A DNA stretch of 64,000 nt from Welwitschia mirabilis (GCA_051453625.1 JBOZIK010000001.1:7412687-7476686), one strand, 5' to 3'; positions 25,047-40,730 are shown, counted from the stretch's first letter. Program-made: numbers and translations. Notes: generated by a model from the sequence alone, not told the origin.

Positions 25047-28000
25047 TTTTAACATATGAAACATGACAACAAGATGAGGTAAATGTTTCAATGTATCATA
25101 AGATAAATAGTGTCAGAAAACTTAAGAAAACTCTTAAGCAAAACTAATTATATGAAAATAAAAAATAGAAAGGAAAATGCAATTATGTCAAAGAAAGCAA
25201 GAGAGACCTCAATGAAAAAAAACTGATTATTTGCAAGGGGCATCATTTCCTAATGTATTAATCAATGATACTCAAGCACTTGATTAAGATAAAGAAAGTT
25301 GAATCATGAACACCAATGGTGAAGATGGCATTGATCTAAACATTTTAAAATAAAGAAAAGATCCTCCATAGAGAGTAAGGAGGTAAGATTTGTTCTTTTN
25401 NNNNNNNNNNNNNNNNNNNNNNNNNNNNNNNNNNNNNNNNNNNNNNNNNNNNNNNNNNNNNNNNNNNNNNNNNNNNNNNNNNNNNNNNNNNNNNNNNNNT
25501 ATGAAATGTGGTTATAAAGTAACTCAATTAATATTTTGACATATGAAAAATGACAAGAAGATGAGGTAAATGTTTCAAGGTATCATAAGATAAATAGTGT
25601 AGGAGAACTTAAGAAAACTCTTAAGCAAAACTAGTTATATGAAAATAAAAAATAGAAAGGAAAATGCAATTATGTCAAAGAAAGCAAAAGAGAGACCTCA
25701 ATGAAAAAAAACTGATGATTTGCAAGGGGCATCATTTCCTAGTGTACTAAGTAATGATGCTCAAGCACTTGATTAAGGTAAAGAAAGTTGAATCATGAAC
25801 ACTAAAGGTGAAGATGGCATTGATCTAAACATTTTAAAATAAAGCGAAGATCCTCCATAGAGAGTAAGGAGGTAAGATTTGTTCTTTTACTTATTTATAG
25901 CCTCTCATTTTTTAATCATATTATAGTTAAAATTTCTAATTTTATTATATCACAACTAGGGTTTTCATCTATAGCAAGTTAAAAAAGCGATATGTAGTTA
26001 TTTTTCAAATCCCAAATATCATTACACCTTATGTTATTTTACTATCATAAATATGTCATTTCAATGTGTCATATGTGGTGAAGTGTCATTTTCATTTCAA
26101 ACATTTTAATGCTGAAATTTGTTAATAAAGTCTTAAATTTTAAATCTTTCACAAGAAATGATACTCATGTTTTAATTCTTTCTTTTCCAAAAGGACACTT
26201 GTTTCTAGGGTTAAAACGTTTTCTAGTTTTCTTATTTTCAAAAGTACAGATGTTACTATAAAAGAAGACATCCCCATTTGTAATGGTCATAATAAAGAGT
26301 TGAAATTATAAATGAAGTTTTAGTTTTCATGTAAAATGGCGTAAATAAGAAAATCATGAATTGCAATAAAAGGTTAAGAAAGGAGATTAAAAATATTATT
26401 ACAAAGGTAAGAAAGAAAGTATAGGAATCAAAATCAAAGAGAAAAAAGATAACAGGGGGCTCTTCTAAAGATAAAACTATTGGGATTCATATTAAAAGGC
26501 GCCCGTGTAAAGCAAAAATGGAAAATCAAAAAGAGAGGCTTAAAAATACTATACAATTAAAACAAGTTCACTTGATTAATCTATCAAGCATCAAATAAAT
26601 ACTAAATTACATGACATGAATAGAAGATACAATTACGTCCAAGATCAATTGCCATAAAGGTGTAATCTTGGACACCCCAAAGGGAGGGTTACAAGATCAA
26701 GCCCTTGCATTGATAGGGGTGTCTAATTTTCATGGGCACAAGTGCTACTGAGAATTTGTGTGACACACACTAATCTACCTAGATTACCCTCTAAAATAAT
26801 GGAAGATACAATTAACTCTATGAAAAGAGGATCATTTTCCAATAAACAGGAAGAAACTCCTAATACTCAAAATAAAATAAACTAAATTAGTATTTGAACA
26901 TTTTCATTATACTACTTATTTAAAACAAATAAGATGTATAATTAAAATATTTTTTAAAACCCCTATTAATGTCAAGGCTAGAGCTTGTAGCCATTTTGAC
27001 ATGCACTTAAAGCACTACTTTGATGAAGCATCAAGCTAGGATAGCATTAATCTAGTAGAGCATAAGACTAAATGAGTAGCCTAAAGCTAAAACATTGTAC
27101 AAAGTAGATTGAAAACTAAGTTGCCAAGAAACTAAGTTGAAAGAAGGATTGAATTTGTACTAAGAAACAACACATAAGATCCCATCTAGTTTAATTAAAT
27201 AATCTTGCATTTTGTCTTTCTTATACTGGGTTTGATTGATTTTTTCCACAAACTAAGTTCATTTTATTTTCCCATCAAGTATACATTAACAATGGAAGTG
27301 ATAGTTTATTGCTTTATATCCTTTCCTTTTATAGTAGTAACATATTTTAGCCTCTTTTCTCATAAAGAAATACCATTTTCTTTGTTTTTAAAAAATAATG
27401 CATTTAAACTTTCTTCATAATACAATTTTTATATGCATTAATTAGAGTGGAGAATTATTGCTTTGTTTAAAAAAAGAGAGTGATGTTTTCTTAAAAGTAA
27501 ACAAAATGTGATCAAACTTCAAGGAACAACTAGTTAGAAAAATAGCCTTAGTATATTAATCATAAATTTTGGTCTTTATAGTGGTAAATTAAATCATAAA
27601 ATGTTCATCCATTCAAGTACTTCATGTTTGAGATCAACTTTGGCTTTTTCTTCATTTATTTCAAACAATTTGATAAAAGAGTTCTAAATTTCCTTAGATG
27701 ATTTAGTTAGATCAATGTGATGTGGACATGTACTTTTTAACCTAAGCCTGAAGATTAAAGTGGTATATTAACTTAGTTGATCCCTTTTTATTATTTTTCT
27801 TACATCACTTGGCATTTTAGAATTTTCTTTAATGATTTGTATAACATTTATTAGAATCGACTACATCTATACTTATCATGTATCTAAATATCGAACATTA
27901 AACTTTTTATATCATTTCCCATTTATCCTTTCAATTTAGCCCTATTTATAAATGATAATTTACATTAGTAAATAAGATTAAAGGTTTAATATAACTTGTC

Positions 28001-30549
28001 TTAACATTATTCTTCCATATCCACTAGAAAATAAATGTTTTATTATTTTAACTTAATATATTAGTTTAAAGAAGAAAATCCAAATATAAAATTGTTGCAT
28101 AGTAAATGCAACGACAAGATATTTACAAAGGTCCATATAACAAAAGAAAGAATGAGCTCATGAAATGAAAAATATATTATATTCTAATCATAAGAGAGGT
28201 TAAATCAGGTGATGAATGTGTAATCACAAAAGTTTTTCAACAAGGAGGATGATATTGTAGTTGCTATTAATAAATCCCATGAAGAAATAATTTGATTACA
28301 AACTATTATAAGAATTGACAATTATTGATGAAGATTGTAGCTCGGATGTTTGAAGAAGTAGTATTATAATGTGTTCCTTAGGAGTAATATTGTGAAATTC
28401 TAAAAAACTAAAGCTCAAAGCATGCAAAGCAAAACATTATAGCACATAATGCGTAATGTTATAATAAGTTGGTAATTAATACAATGTGCATTAGTCTAGC
28501 AATAACTTTAACAATGTAGCCCATGAAATAATTTCTCTAGTGGTATAATGTGGACAAGGCATTGTATTCTTTTTTTAAAGCCTTCAAATATGCTTGTTAG
28601 TACTAAGAGTTATAAATCACAAATCAAAATTGTTAGAGAAATGAATTGATGAAATGAAACCTAGATTTAAATAAGTCATATAGAAATATAATTAGTGGAA
28701 GTGGATAAAGGAAGAATTTTCTAAATTGGATGGTAGAAATGGAATGTTATATAAACGTATGTAGAGTTAATTAGCATGATTAAGAGGAATTATTATAGAG
28801 TATTGAAGCTATCGAGAACATGAACAAATTTGATTTCCTAAAAAAAAAAAATCATTTTCCAAAATATTAAGAAGCATTAATTTATTATGGTAGAAAATAC
28901 AAGCATGAGCTATATTCAAGAAGCATGTACAAGAAATATAAGGATAACTATAATGCTAATAACTTAGAAAAGACTTTACATTAGTTATTGAGATTCATAT
29001 TTCAAGGTACAGGCATGAAGTAAGTGTGAAACAAATGAAAATAGAGAGCTCAAAATATTAGACAACTAAAAGAAGCTTTATAGGTTCATTCATAAAACAT
29101 CTAATAAAATTTACATTACATTCCATAAATAGGAGATAGAATTAACTCCACAAAAAGAGGACATTTTTAAAGGACAAAATAATAATTAAATTAACCACAA
29201 AATTAAATAAAACAAGCTAAATTGATATGTGGGTAGTTCTATTATACCACATATTTAAAACAAATTAGATATCTAAGTAAAATAGATAAATGCATCAATA
29301 AAGGGTGCATGTTTAAGAAGTTAAGATCAAATGTTGACAACACAGGTTAGAAAGACTTATTAGGTTATTGACTTGTATAAACTATTAAGGATTTTTTTAA
29401 GAAATGACATGAAATGTTGGCATAATGCTAAGTGTAAGGATATGTGGTTAAGATACATTGTTATTTTACTAACTCTAAATTGAAATAAGAGGCTTTTTCT
29501 AGAAACTTCATGAAATATACAAGATTTAAAATCTTCATAAAGGATAAGAAGCTTATAACAAAGGTAAGGTAAAAGTTCTAGAAGCTTCATTGGATGTTAA
29601 AATTAGTTGAGTCATTTCAAGATTATTTCTCTCTTTAGCTACTTAATTTTAAAGTTCTTTTCCTTTTTGACTTTCTAAGATTTATTTCTTCCATAACTAT
29701 TGCTCTTTAGTTGTTATTTATAATTATATTTAATGCCAAAAATATTTAGCTACTATTTTTAATTACTACTAATAACATTATTGTTGGTTGTGCCAAAACG
29801 TTTAGATGAAACTTTGGTATTATAAACTAATTTGATTTCATTTTAATATTATCCTAATTAATGTAAAATCTAATCATTATGTATATTGATTTAAATTTAA
29901 CAAAAATTGATTTAAATGCACAAAAGGACTAATGTAAATTCTAAGAAAGAGATATTATTGATTACATAATATTTACTTTATAAAAAAGTAAAGAAATGTA
30001 GTTGAATTTCTTAAAGAGTGTGAAAATTATCATGCCATGGATCTTTGTTTGACATGTAGAAGCAATATGAAGAAAGAAAAGTATGAAAATAGGGTTAAGG
30101 GTTTAGATTCATTTTGAAGTTTTTTTTTTTAATATTAGAAATTCTAGAATAAGTACTTAGATGCAAAAATCAAAGCTATCTTTAAAGTAAATCATACTAT
30201 TTACCTATGATTAGTGTTAAAACATTTTAATGGATCCACCAATTTGGAAAATCATTTAGTTAAAGGGGGTTGTAAATTTGCATAATTATCATTGGGATTT
30301 ACATGTTGTCATTATTCATATAGAGCATCATAAAATTGGAGATTAAGGAAAAATAATGTAGATGAGAATCAAAACCTAGGAAAAGAAGGTATAATAAATG
30401 TAAAAAGTGAGGTGCACAATGAATTCTTAGAGGAGTACAACATGGATGTAACAACTTGTTCTTATTAATTTTAAAAGATAAGAATGCTCAAACTCTAATT
30501 AATGTAATTTACAATTATATTAAACATGAAATGAAAGTGTAAACTAATC

Positions 30550-31400
30550 TTTTAAAAGGTTAGAATTTAGAGCACCTACTGTAGCTTTAATTCAAGGATA
30601 ACATTATTAATAATTTCCTTCACTTTAAACATCCAGAAATAAGAATGTACATTCATTTGATTGAAGGAATTCAAAATCCACATGGAAATAATTGCCAAGG
30701 TTATATTTGTGTAAATTATTTTTGGCATCAAAAATTTGAACAAAGAAAGAGAAATGCATTCCTAATGTTTACAAATCATATTACTTTGTACATAAAAGAT
30801 TTAATATATTTTAAGTAAATTGTAATTCATAATTTTTTTGTAAATTTCTATAATGAATACAAACAAAATGTTACATTATTTTAGAATCATAAAAGAATAG
30901 ATAAGAAAAGGTTGATCTCTAACCTTGTATTTTTAGGCTTCTAAAGAACTTCCTAGTATTTTACTCAAGCCAAATCATGGGTAGTATTAGTAGAAGAATC
31001 CAATCACAATATTTAAATCTTATTTTATGTTTTATACTTCTAGATTCAACAATGTCAATTTAAAAAACAATTAAGCTTAATAATGAAAAGGATAACATTA
31101 CAAATTTTGGTAAAAATGGTACGGAGGGAGAAATTAGATTAACAAAGTTAAGGAATTACTTTCTTTACCTAATAAAGGAAAAGAAATTATTTTATTTACC
31201 TGATAAAGGGGAAGCACTAATATAGAATAATGTTGATCTCCTATTAAGGGAAAGATTTACAAGTATTTCAAGTACAAAGGGCATGAAAATTTTGAAAATT
31301 ATGTTCCAATTAGTATTATTCGTAATAGAATAACTAAGGACCATAAATTAAAATCATTAGAATTTCTCTTTAAGTAATAAGAATATTATATGAGATATTA
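30550..31400 (+). mobile_element. Highly degenerate LINE RT remnant
   Basis: FRIIKE*IRKG*SLTLYF at ~30880-30935 resembles RGIRQGCPLSPYLF; other motifs are barely recognisable and boundaries are uncertain. Confidence 0.35.
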
Positions 31401-32849
31401 GTAGAAAATGTTAACTTAAAGTTCTTATAGGGATGTCTAATCCAACATATAAACATACTAAATTCTCCTTTACATATCATTTCATTTTATGTTGTTTGAT
31501 TTAACACATGAATTTAAAAGCATCTTAAGAAACAAAACTCCCTAGTATCATGAGGCATGGTAAATGGTAAAAGAAATTGAGATTGAGTTATCAGATGTAG
31601 ATGACATGGGTGTTAGAACTATGCTAGAAAGAGGTTTGGCAGTTAAGGACTAACTGAGTTCATAAATTGAAAAATAGGTTTTATAAACTATGCTAGAAAG
31701 AGGTTTAGACATAATTTTTTATCATAAAACTAAAAAAGACTAATTAAGTTAGTGTGCTATTTTATTGATTAGGATAGTTAATGGTGTTTATTCCTTATTA
31801 ATAAAATAGTGTCATAATGATAATTTTATTTTTAGTTCATATATTTTATTCATATGTGACATTATAGTTCCAGTTAGTTACAACTATAGTTCATGGTATT
31901 CTGTTCACAAGTGTAGCACTAGATGTAACTAAAATTATGTATAAATATAACATCTACTAATCCTTTCTGAATCCTTTTAGCAAGATTGTAAAAAGTTCAA
32001 AAATGACAATAAGCCTTTTTTCCCTTGGAAGATATATACAAAGGCTTCCCTTGTAATATCAATATCATTCATAAATATTTCATATTTTGTTAGTATCTAG
32101 TTAGAATTTTTAATAATATAAATGTAGTTTTTGAAAGGAACCTTGTTTCTGTTTATTCTTAGAATGCTATTTTACCTTATTCATATGCTAAAAAGTATAA
32201 AAAATGCTAGTATTATTTGAAAAGTTGATATTTTCTTTAGCCTTGCTCCTAATGTATAGACCAAATAGGTCTCTAGAATACTTTGGAATTTGAAAATAAG
32301 TCTAAAAAACTTTATAATTATAATTATTATGAAAATTATTATAAGTGCTTTGGGTTTATGGGGATAGTTACATAAAAGATAAAAAGAGAATATAGGAACT
32401 ACCAAAAGAAAACTTAAAGCATTATTTTACTAAGAAGGGATGATTTTAATTTTCTAACTCTAAAGGCATAAAAAGGTATAAAAAAGTCATCATGGGTTTT
32501 TCTCCTAATGTGGCTTAAAGAAGGGTGAACCTATAAAGGAGCATCTTCCATTTAAAGATTAGGAGATCAAAGCCAAAGGAGTTGTAACAAATAGTAAGCC
32601 TTCAATAACATCGTTTTTAAATGATCATAAATGTGAAATTAAATAGGTCAACTAATATTAGTTTTCTTCTAGGTATCAAAAGGAAAAGATATAGCAATAT
32701 TCTATTTCCTAAAGTGGAAGTCACATCTATGTTTTTAAATGAACTACCAGTGGTCTTCCCAATAAAAGCATAGAGATGACTAACTTAGGGCTAATCTTAA
32801 GAAAACATTCTCTAAATTAGTAGGAATAGATAATAGAACATAAGAAACC

Positions 32850-33012
32850 CAACTCCATGTACTCTGGATAACTAGATAATGTAGAAAAATATGCAACAAC
32901 TCATCCTTCTAATCACACAATGGACAAACTACAATATCCCTAGATGACACAAATAATCCTCAATAGGAAGCCCTTGAAACATTAAATACTAAAGAAGGTT
33001 CTTAATCTTTGG
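32850..33012 (-). mobile_element. L1 LINE 3' fragment (zf-RVT-like region)
   Basis: Minus translation KIKNLL*YLMFQGLP...CPLCD*KDELLHIFLHYLVIQSTW matches the zf-RVT pattern KIKxFLW...LP...CxxC...HxFxxC....W. Confidence 0.55.
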
Positions 33013-33300
33013 AAGGGTTAGGAGATTTAAATTTAATTCAAGGAAGAAATCCACTAGTGAAATGGTTTTTAAACTTCTTATTTCTAGCTATAGATAGAGT
33101 TAACATCAATACCACTTACTAAAAATTATAAGTTGTAGCTAATTAAAAAGGAATCATAGGTGAGTAATATTTATAAAATAATTTTTCTATATGTAGAGAA
33201 TGATCATAAGAGATTTAACATGCATGATGTAAAAACTGATGAATCTTAAGAAAATATTATTGTATCCTAGTAAACTTCCTACAAATCAATGAAACATTAT

Positions 33301-36284
33301 TGTCATGTCTAGATTTTTAAAGGTCTAAAGATTTAGTTTAAATAATTAAATAAAAACTAAATAAAAATATTTTTATATTGTAGGACATACTAAGCTGATC
33401 TAATTTCTAGATTCTTTACTTATTAGCATATTATTATTATTTAAGATACAATTATTTACTTTATTAATAAAACTTCTTGTGTTACAAGTATTAGTTTAAA
33501 TAACTTTTTCTTGTAATTTCTATAATTAATAATATCATTTTGTAGTCTTTTATTATTTATTTAATGATATAATTTTTATGGCTAAATTAGTGGTTATACA
33601 AATATTATTTTATTTATTTTTCTAATTATTGCATTTTCTTTTATTACTGATTCATATGTACTCATTATGGAAAAATATTTATATGGGAAAATGTTATCCT
33701 AATGTACTATTGAAATTACTTGCTAAATGTCTTATCTTTATTTATTAAATCAAATTAATTGTTATTTAGTCTCTTTTTCTTAATACTTATAAGTAGTGAC
33801 ATGTTTTTAATTTTTTTTGCATTTTTCTTTAGATGACTTATTTAAGTAAATACTAATGATTCATTATCATTTTTAAAAATAGTAAGATGCCATGTGACTA
33901 AGCTTATCTTCTTTATACTTATTTTGAAAAATGCTAAGACCTCTTGGATTATGTAACTTATGTATTAATGATGAAGGCATCTTTTTAATAATTATTAATT
34001 ACTCATTACTGGAAAAATATTTTTGGCATGTTAAGCATTTACTATTATCATGGTGAAATATTAAATGTATGTAGTAGTCAGACAAAGTAATGATTAGGGA
34101 ATCACAACTATTTTTCCCAAAGATAATAGTGGCTTATGTATCCCTTTGTATAATCTATTATATTTTGTCTTCTCATTATAAATAGGATTCTATTTCTTTT
34201 AGTCTTGTTATTTGGAATGTCTTCTACACTTGAATGTTGATCATCTTGTACCTTGAAGCTTTTAAAATTTTGGAATCTTGTCAATTGTGAAGTTTTTAGA
34301 GCTTTGGAATAGCAACTTTAAAGCTTGGAAAACTTCATGTTAAATCATGGGTAGGGTCCCAGAGAATATATCTTATACCATTAAGAAATTTCTTGTATTT
34401 TTTATATAGTTTTAGTATTGTATTACAAATGAGGTATGATTAGATTGTATTCTTACATCTTTTATATGTTTTAGGATTTTCCTTACAAACTTGTATAATC
34501 ATGNNNNTTCTTACATACTTTACATGACTCTATTAAATTCTTTCTCTCTTCTTCTATAATCTAGTCTTTCTTTTAAATGAGTTTTATATTTGTCCTTCAT
34601 TTACATAACCGATAGTGCTTGTTAATTTTATTGCTCACTTTTGGATTTCGTTTCATGACTGTCTAGTATAATCTTAAGTATTTCTTGAATCTCCTATATC
34701 ATCCTAAATATTTCTTGAATACCTTGTATGGTCCTAAGGTTTTTCATCCTTTTGTGATCTNNNNNNNNNNNNNNNNNNNNNNNNNNNNNNNNNNNNNNNN
34801 NNNNNNNNNNNNNNNNNNNNNNNNNNNNNNNNNNNNNNNNNNNNNNNNNNNNNNNNNNNNNNNNNNNNNNNNNNNNNNNNNNNNNNNNNNNNNNNNNNNN
34901 NNNNNNNNNNNNNNNNNAGTGAAAAAATATTACATTGTTAGATTGCTTTGTAAAATATTTTGATACTTGAAAAGATAATCCATGAAAATAAATCTTATTC
35001 TTTCTTGTGACATCTTTATAACTTCAAATATTCTTATGGAAATGAGAGTTCCACAGATTATCAAATAAGATAGTTGAATATGGAAACCCATAAATTATTG
35101 AATGATGAACTAGGTTTCACAAATACATAAATCATGAAATGAGACAGTGGAAAACTAAAAACAAAACCACAAATCACTAGACAAGGAAGTGATAATATAA
35201 AAATAACACCCTAGATTGCTAAGTAAGGCAGTGATATTCATGATCCAAAGATCATCAAATGAGGCAGTGGACCAATAAAATTAAAAGGTAGTGGTAAATT
35301 ATATATAAAACTGGTTAATATCATTCCATTTCCATGAAATCTAATTCTTGATAATTTTGAAATCTTTCTTCTTATCTCATCTTAATATATCTTATAACTT
35401 GAGGTTCTTACTGCCTTAATCTTTACCTTAATTAGACCATACTGGGAATTGTAATGATTCATTATTCTCACTTCATACTCTTTTATGTTAAACAAGTGAT
35501 AAATTGCTGCATAGTAAAAGTTGAGATCTTGTCGATGAGGGCATATGAAAATGAAATATTTATTATCTAGATTATACTTGAAAAATATTAATTATAGTCA
35601 TTTTTTCACTATTATAACTTATGATATTTTTATGTCATATGGTTAAATTTTTATTTCCAAAAATTAACAATTATTTATCTATAATAGACTTGTAAGCATA
35701 GTATCTTTAATATGTTAAATTTTTTTATTTCTTAAACTTGTAGTTTTGATTTTGATTTTAAAATACTCATAGTTGTAGCTTTACTTGAAGCTTTATTTTA
35801 ATAAGACTTAGCTAGCATGTATTGTCTTTCTATTTTAAATATACCTTTCTTATAGGAATTGATCTTTTAATGTCTTTAATTTTAATTTAGTAATAATATC
35901 TATAATTCAATCCTTCATTTAAAGATTTTATTTTTTCCTCTTATTTTCTTAAAGATCACATATTTTTGAATACTTTCATGGCTAATCTTTTAATCCCTTA
36001 AGCTAGTTCTTTACTTCTACTCTAATCATGGCTAGTCTATTAAATTTTAAGATTATTACCTTGGATCTATTTTTCATTCAAAAAATTAATGTCACTTTGT
36101 ATTCTTAACTAATATTTTATTTCCTCAGATATATGCTTAATTTTTGCTGTAATATTTTAGTTTGATGATTAGAACCCCTTTTCATTATAAATTGGCATAA
36201 GTGATTTAATATCATTTTGGCTTATATTTACACCTTAATAAATATAACAATTGAAGTTTTTAGGTGAAATTTATGGGCTATAAA
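33301..36284 (+). repeat. 5' LTR of the Tekay element
   Basis: Homologous to 40776-44947; followed by tgggtactaaagcc (cf. TGGTATCAGAGCC). Confidence 0.85.
35051..35295 (+). repeat. Degenerate ~36-42 bp tandem subrepeat array inside the 5' LTR
   Basis: About six or seven copies of ccacagatcaYYaaatgaggcagtgg separated by short A-rich linkers. Confidence 0.75.
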
Positions 36285-39200
36285 TTTGGGTACTAAAGCC
36301 TAGGTTGTGATGTGGTTGGGCATAATTATTGTTAAGTTGTTAAAGGTTTTAACATGAGAGCCTAAGCTATGGTATCAGTTGAATAAGATAATAAAAAGTT
36401 ATAAACATTTGAGTTACAAGCAAACCATTTCTACCATCAATATTTTTGGATGCTCTTTGTGTGTGTTTTTTAGTTTTCTAGTATTGGGAAAATGATTTCA
36501 TATGCACGATTCCATATAGATTTCTAACTTTCCATCTTAAATCTAGTTTTATAAGGTGTTATTTATTGGCTTTTTAAGTGTAAGGTACCTACTAAAAAAT
36601 AAAAGGGTTTAAGTTTCACATAGTTATAACATATCATGTTACATTTCTTCTACTTACTTCTAACATACTATTCAAGAGGAGATGATATAAGTTCTAAGGT
36701 TAAGAAAAATACTATGAATAAAAATAAAATTGACAAGAAAAGATGACAAAAGTACTAAATCCACATTAAAAATAAAAACATTTAAAAAGATGGAGAGAAG
36801 GAAAGCTTGCAGAGAAAGACTATCTGATTTCTCATATTCACTTTTAAAATAATTATAAGATACTCAATCATAAAAACCAATCATAATGACAAACATCAAA
36901 TATAATTATGCTATCTAATTAAAATCCCAAATATAATTACATGAAATGTCCACCATGTATTCTCCAATCACCAAAACCCTCCCCTTATCCTCTAGAATCC
37001 AACAATAAAATAACGTCATGTACTACACACCACATGATGTTAGCATTACCAGAAATCTTAGAATGTAATTCCTCCCTTCAAATCCTTCTCTGCACAATCT
37101 AAACCTCTATAAAATCCATTCGTCATTTTTTAAGAACTAAAAAGTCCTNNNNNNNNNNNNNNNNNNNNNNNNNNNNNNNNNNNNNNNNNNNNNNNNNNNN
37201 NNNNNNNNNNNNNNNNNNNNNNNNNNNNNNNNNNNNNNNNNNNNNNNNCAAGAACAGATGACAAAAGTACTAAATCCACATTAAAAATAAAAATATTTAA
37301 AAAGATGGGGAGGAGCAAAGCTTGCAGAGAAAGACTATCTGATTTCTCATATTCACTTTTTAAATAATTATAAGATACTCAATCATAAGAACCAATAATA
37401 ATGATAAACATCAAATATAATTATGCTATCTAATTAAAATCCCAAATATAATTACATACAATATCCACCATGTATTTCTCCAACCACCAAAATCCTCCCC
37501 TTCTCCTCTAGAATCCAACAACAAAATAACCTCATGTACTACACACCACATGATGTTAGCATTACCAAAAATCTTAGAATGCAATTCCTCCCTCCAAATC
37601 CTTGTTTACACAATCTAAACCTCTATAAAATCCATTCCTCATTTTGTAATAACTAAAAAATCCCCATCTTAGTTATGTTAGCCATCATTGTCTCTACAAT
37701 GTTATCCACTAATGCATAAGTGGACTCTAAATAAGGATGTACTAGTAATGTGAAAATGATATACCCTGTATCATAACTATGCAGAATGTACCATCCTTCA
37801 ATAACACAAACACTCTAACATCAACTACCATCTTCCCATCATTGCTCTCATCAAAAATTTTTTAGCCTCTCTGCTTTTGATATTTTAAAGGACAAGGTTA
37901 GATTACATAGAGTTAAAGGAAGTTTTTAAGCTTACAAAATCTAAAACACTATGAAGGAGACCTAAAAAAATAATAATTAAAAAATTTCCTTACCTATTAC
38001 AGAGACGTTTCAAAGGTGATGTAGGTTTCTTGGGGTAGTAGTCACATTTATTCATCTTGCCTTAAAGGAAAATTAAACAAGCAAAGACAATATTGAGCTT
38101 TAAGATCTGAGATGATAACTTGTTTTATAATTTTAACACAAAAACCAAAGCTTTAATGCTTTCTTCCTTGTCTTATGAGACACTCTCTACATCTAGCTTA
38201 AATCCCATTTCTAATTTACAATTTAAAAAATCCTAATTCATAGTTCATAAGATGATTTGTTTTGTTTTCTCCATATGTATTTTTTATGGATTCTCTCTTC
38301 CTTATGTAAATAACATAATTCAATTTGTGTTGATGAAGGGATCCTCTTCTTTACTTTGCTTTACTTTTATTTTACTCCATTCCATTCCATTGATGGATTT
38401 TTGATCTTGCAATCATTAATGCTACACCCACATCCCCCTTAACCTGTTAAAACTTGTAAGTAATAGAAACATAGTTTTTGATTTACCTCTTTGTTTAAAA
38501 TAGAGCTTCAAAGAATCCTTTAAAATCAAAATGTAATTAAGCTAATAAATTAATATAATTAAGGTGTTTTACAACTTCTAGCTTTTCCCCTTTCAAGGAT
38601 AAAGGAATGCTGTAAACCATATGTATAAAATGAAGATGCATTTATATTAAATTTGTTGGTTACTTTTACTGCATCTAAACTCCTTGCTTCCTAATGTTTG
38701 AAGTGGGTAGTTATTACAACAAATTTCTTAATGAAAGCATTTTCATCATATGAATTCTCTTCATGTTTTTAGTAGTATCATAGTATTCACAAGCTTCATT
38801 ATATATTCTATCTTTTCTTGAAAAGGTTTATTAATATCACCTTTTTTTTCGTTTGTGATTTTTGGATTTTCTTGAAAAAAAGGAGTGTTTTTTTCCCTTT
38901 TCAGTTTTTATTTGAGTAGAGAAAGTAACTAATCTTTTCATAATTTAATCTTTCCATGCTTGCGAATATTCTGGAGATTTAGAGGCAGCAACATAGATTA
39001 CGTAGTTGATGAGAGTGTAAGAGTTATAAAATTCATTAAACTTTTAATCGTAACTCTAAACAANNNNNNNNNNNNNNNNNNNNNNNNNNNNNNNNNNNNN
39101 NNNNNNNNNNNNNNNNNNNNNNNNNNNNNNNNNNNNNNNNNNNNNNNNNNNNNNNNNNNNNNNNNNNNNNNNNNNNNNNNNNNNNNNNNNNNNNNNNNNN

Positions 39201-40589
39201 NNNNNNNNNNNNNNNNNNNNNNNNNNNNNNNNNNNNNNNNNNNNNNNNNNNNNNNNNNNNNNNNNNNNNNNNNNNNNNNNNNNNNNNNNNNNNNNNNNNN
39301 NNNNNNNNNNNNNNNNNNNNNNNNNNNNNNNNNNNNNNNNNNNNNNNNNNNNNNNNNNNNNNNNNNNNNNNNNNNNNNNNNNNNNNNNNNNNNNNNNNNN
39401 NNNNNNNNNNNNNNNNNNNNNNNNNNNNNNNNNNNNNNNNNNNNNNNNNNNNNNNNNNNNNNNNNNNNNNNNNNNNNNNNNNNNNNNNNNNNNNNNNNNN
39501 NNNNNNNNNNNNNNNNNNNNNNNNNNNNNNNNNNNNNNNNNNNNNNNNNNNNNNNNNNNNNNNNNNNNNNNNNNNNNNNNNNNNNNNNNNNNNNNNNNNN
39601 NNNNNNNNNNNNNNNNNNNNNNNNNNNNNNNNNNNNNNNNNNNNNNNNNNNNNNNNNNNNNNNNNNCTAAATATTTATTTCAAAAAAAATAAAAAGTCAC
39701 ATTTATCCATGATCTAAAATGCATTTCTATCATAAGAAGTCAAAAAGGTAGAATTGTTGAAGGAAAAACAAATCATTAAGCACACAAGATTTTATGATTA
39801 AATGAAGGTTTGATTGTTAACTAAAATTGACTATGCTTCTTCTTATCACTTTAGCACTTGTCTTGAAATTATCTTTTTCTTCTTTTAGTTTTTAGAAGTT
39901 ATTAACTCAAGCTTCCTAATATCATCCAAAAAGACAAAAATTATAACATAGGTATTATTGTTGAAAAATATTAATAAAATGTGAGCTGATGTACTTTTTT
40001 TGATTCTTCATAATGGTATGTAAATAAGTTATTTTAAGTGTTACTAAGCATTTATTCTATTAATTTAATAAGTAATTTGTTTAATATACTTTTTATGAAC
40101 TGAATTCTTATGCATTTTTTTATTAAGATTAACCTCTATGAATGTATAATCTTTAACCACATATTAGTGGAGGGCTTCTTGCATGATTCCTTTTTAATTT
40201 ATGATATAAATATCTAAATGTATCTTTTAAAAAAAGTATAAGTTAATGATGTAATTCTTTTGATAGACTAAGATGTCTATCCCTCACATTTTCTAGGATT
40301 AATTCCTTTGTAACATTAAGTTAACTAGATACTTCATTGGGGGGACTGGATGTCCTTGACTTGGTTTTAGTATTTCTCCAAGTTATGATCATATTAGTTG
40401 GATGATTGGTTGGTTTTTTTAGATATCTTGTAGACTACCCTAGGCTTTGTTTAAATCTTTGTAAGTAAGAAGACCTAAGATCATGCTAGATTGAGTGACG
40501 TATTGAAAATATATGTCTAATATAAAAAAGATTATTTCAATTCAAGAAGTTAATATTTAACTAGATTATACATTTTAAATCTAATTAAT

Positions 40590-40730
40590 TAAAATTTTAG
40601 ATCAAAATAAAGTTGTGCTTAGAGGAAGATAAACTCAACTTTATAAAGTAATGGTTAGAATAAATAGAAGCAGAAGCTACTTGGGAATATGAAATAGATG
40701 TATTATAGTAGAAACTGTAGTTTTTTTTAA
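40590..40730 (+). pseudogene. Integrase C-terminal chromodomain remnant
   Basis: ILDQNKVVLRGR*TQLYKV...AEATWEYEIDVL matches the Tekay ILD...LRxK...VKVxW...EATWExE motif. Confidence 0.75.

Noticed and set aside
26279-26912. Possible 5' LTR of the Tat element, pairing with a 3' LTR ending near 17998 (PPT-like sequence at ~18000-18016)
   Set aside because: TGTAA/TACA termini and PBS/PPT-like flanks are suggestive, but I could not align the two segments convincingly by eye.
27205-29590. Short hydrophobic F/L/I-rich ORFs (also 2453, 32181, 42700, 56216, 59862)
   Set aside because: Composition-driven ORFs in AT-rich TE sequence, often antisense to retroelement remnants; no domain evidence.
31617-31707. 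21 bp direct repeat aactatgctagaaagaggttt spaced 70 bp apart
   Set aside because: Only two copies within decayed repeat DNA; most likely a small local duplication.
36683-38450. Possible solo LTR nested inside the Tekay internal region
   Set aside because: It starts TGAT after a purine run and has a TATA-like box, but no defined end, TSD or partner was found.
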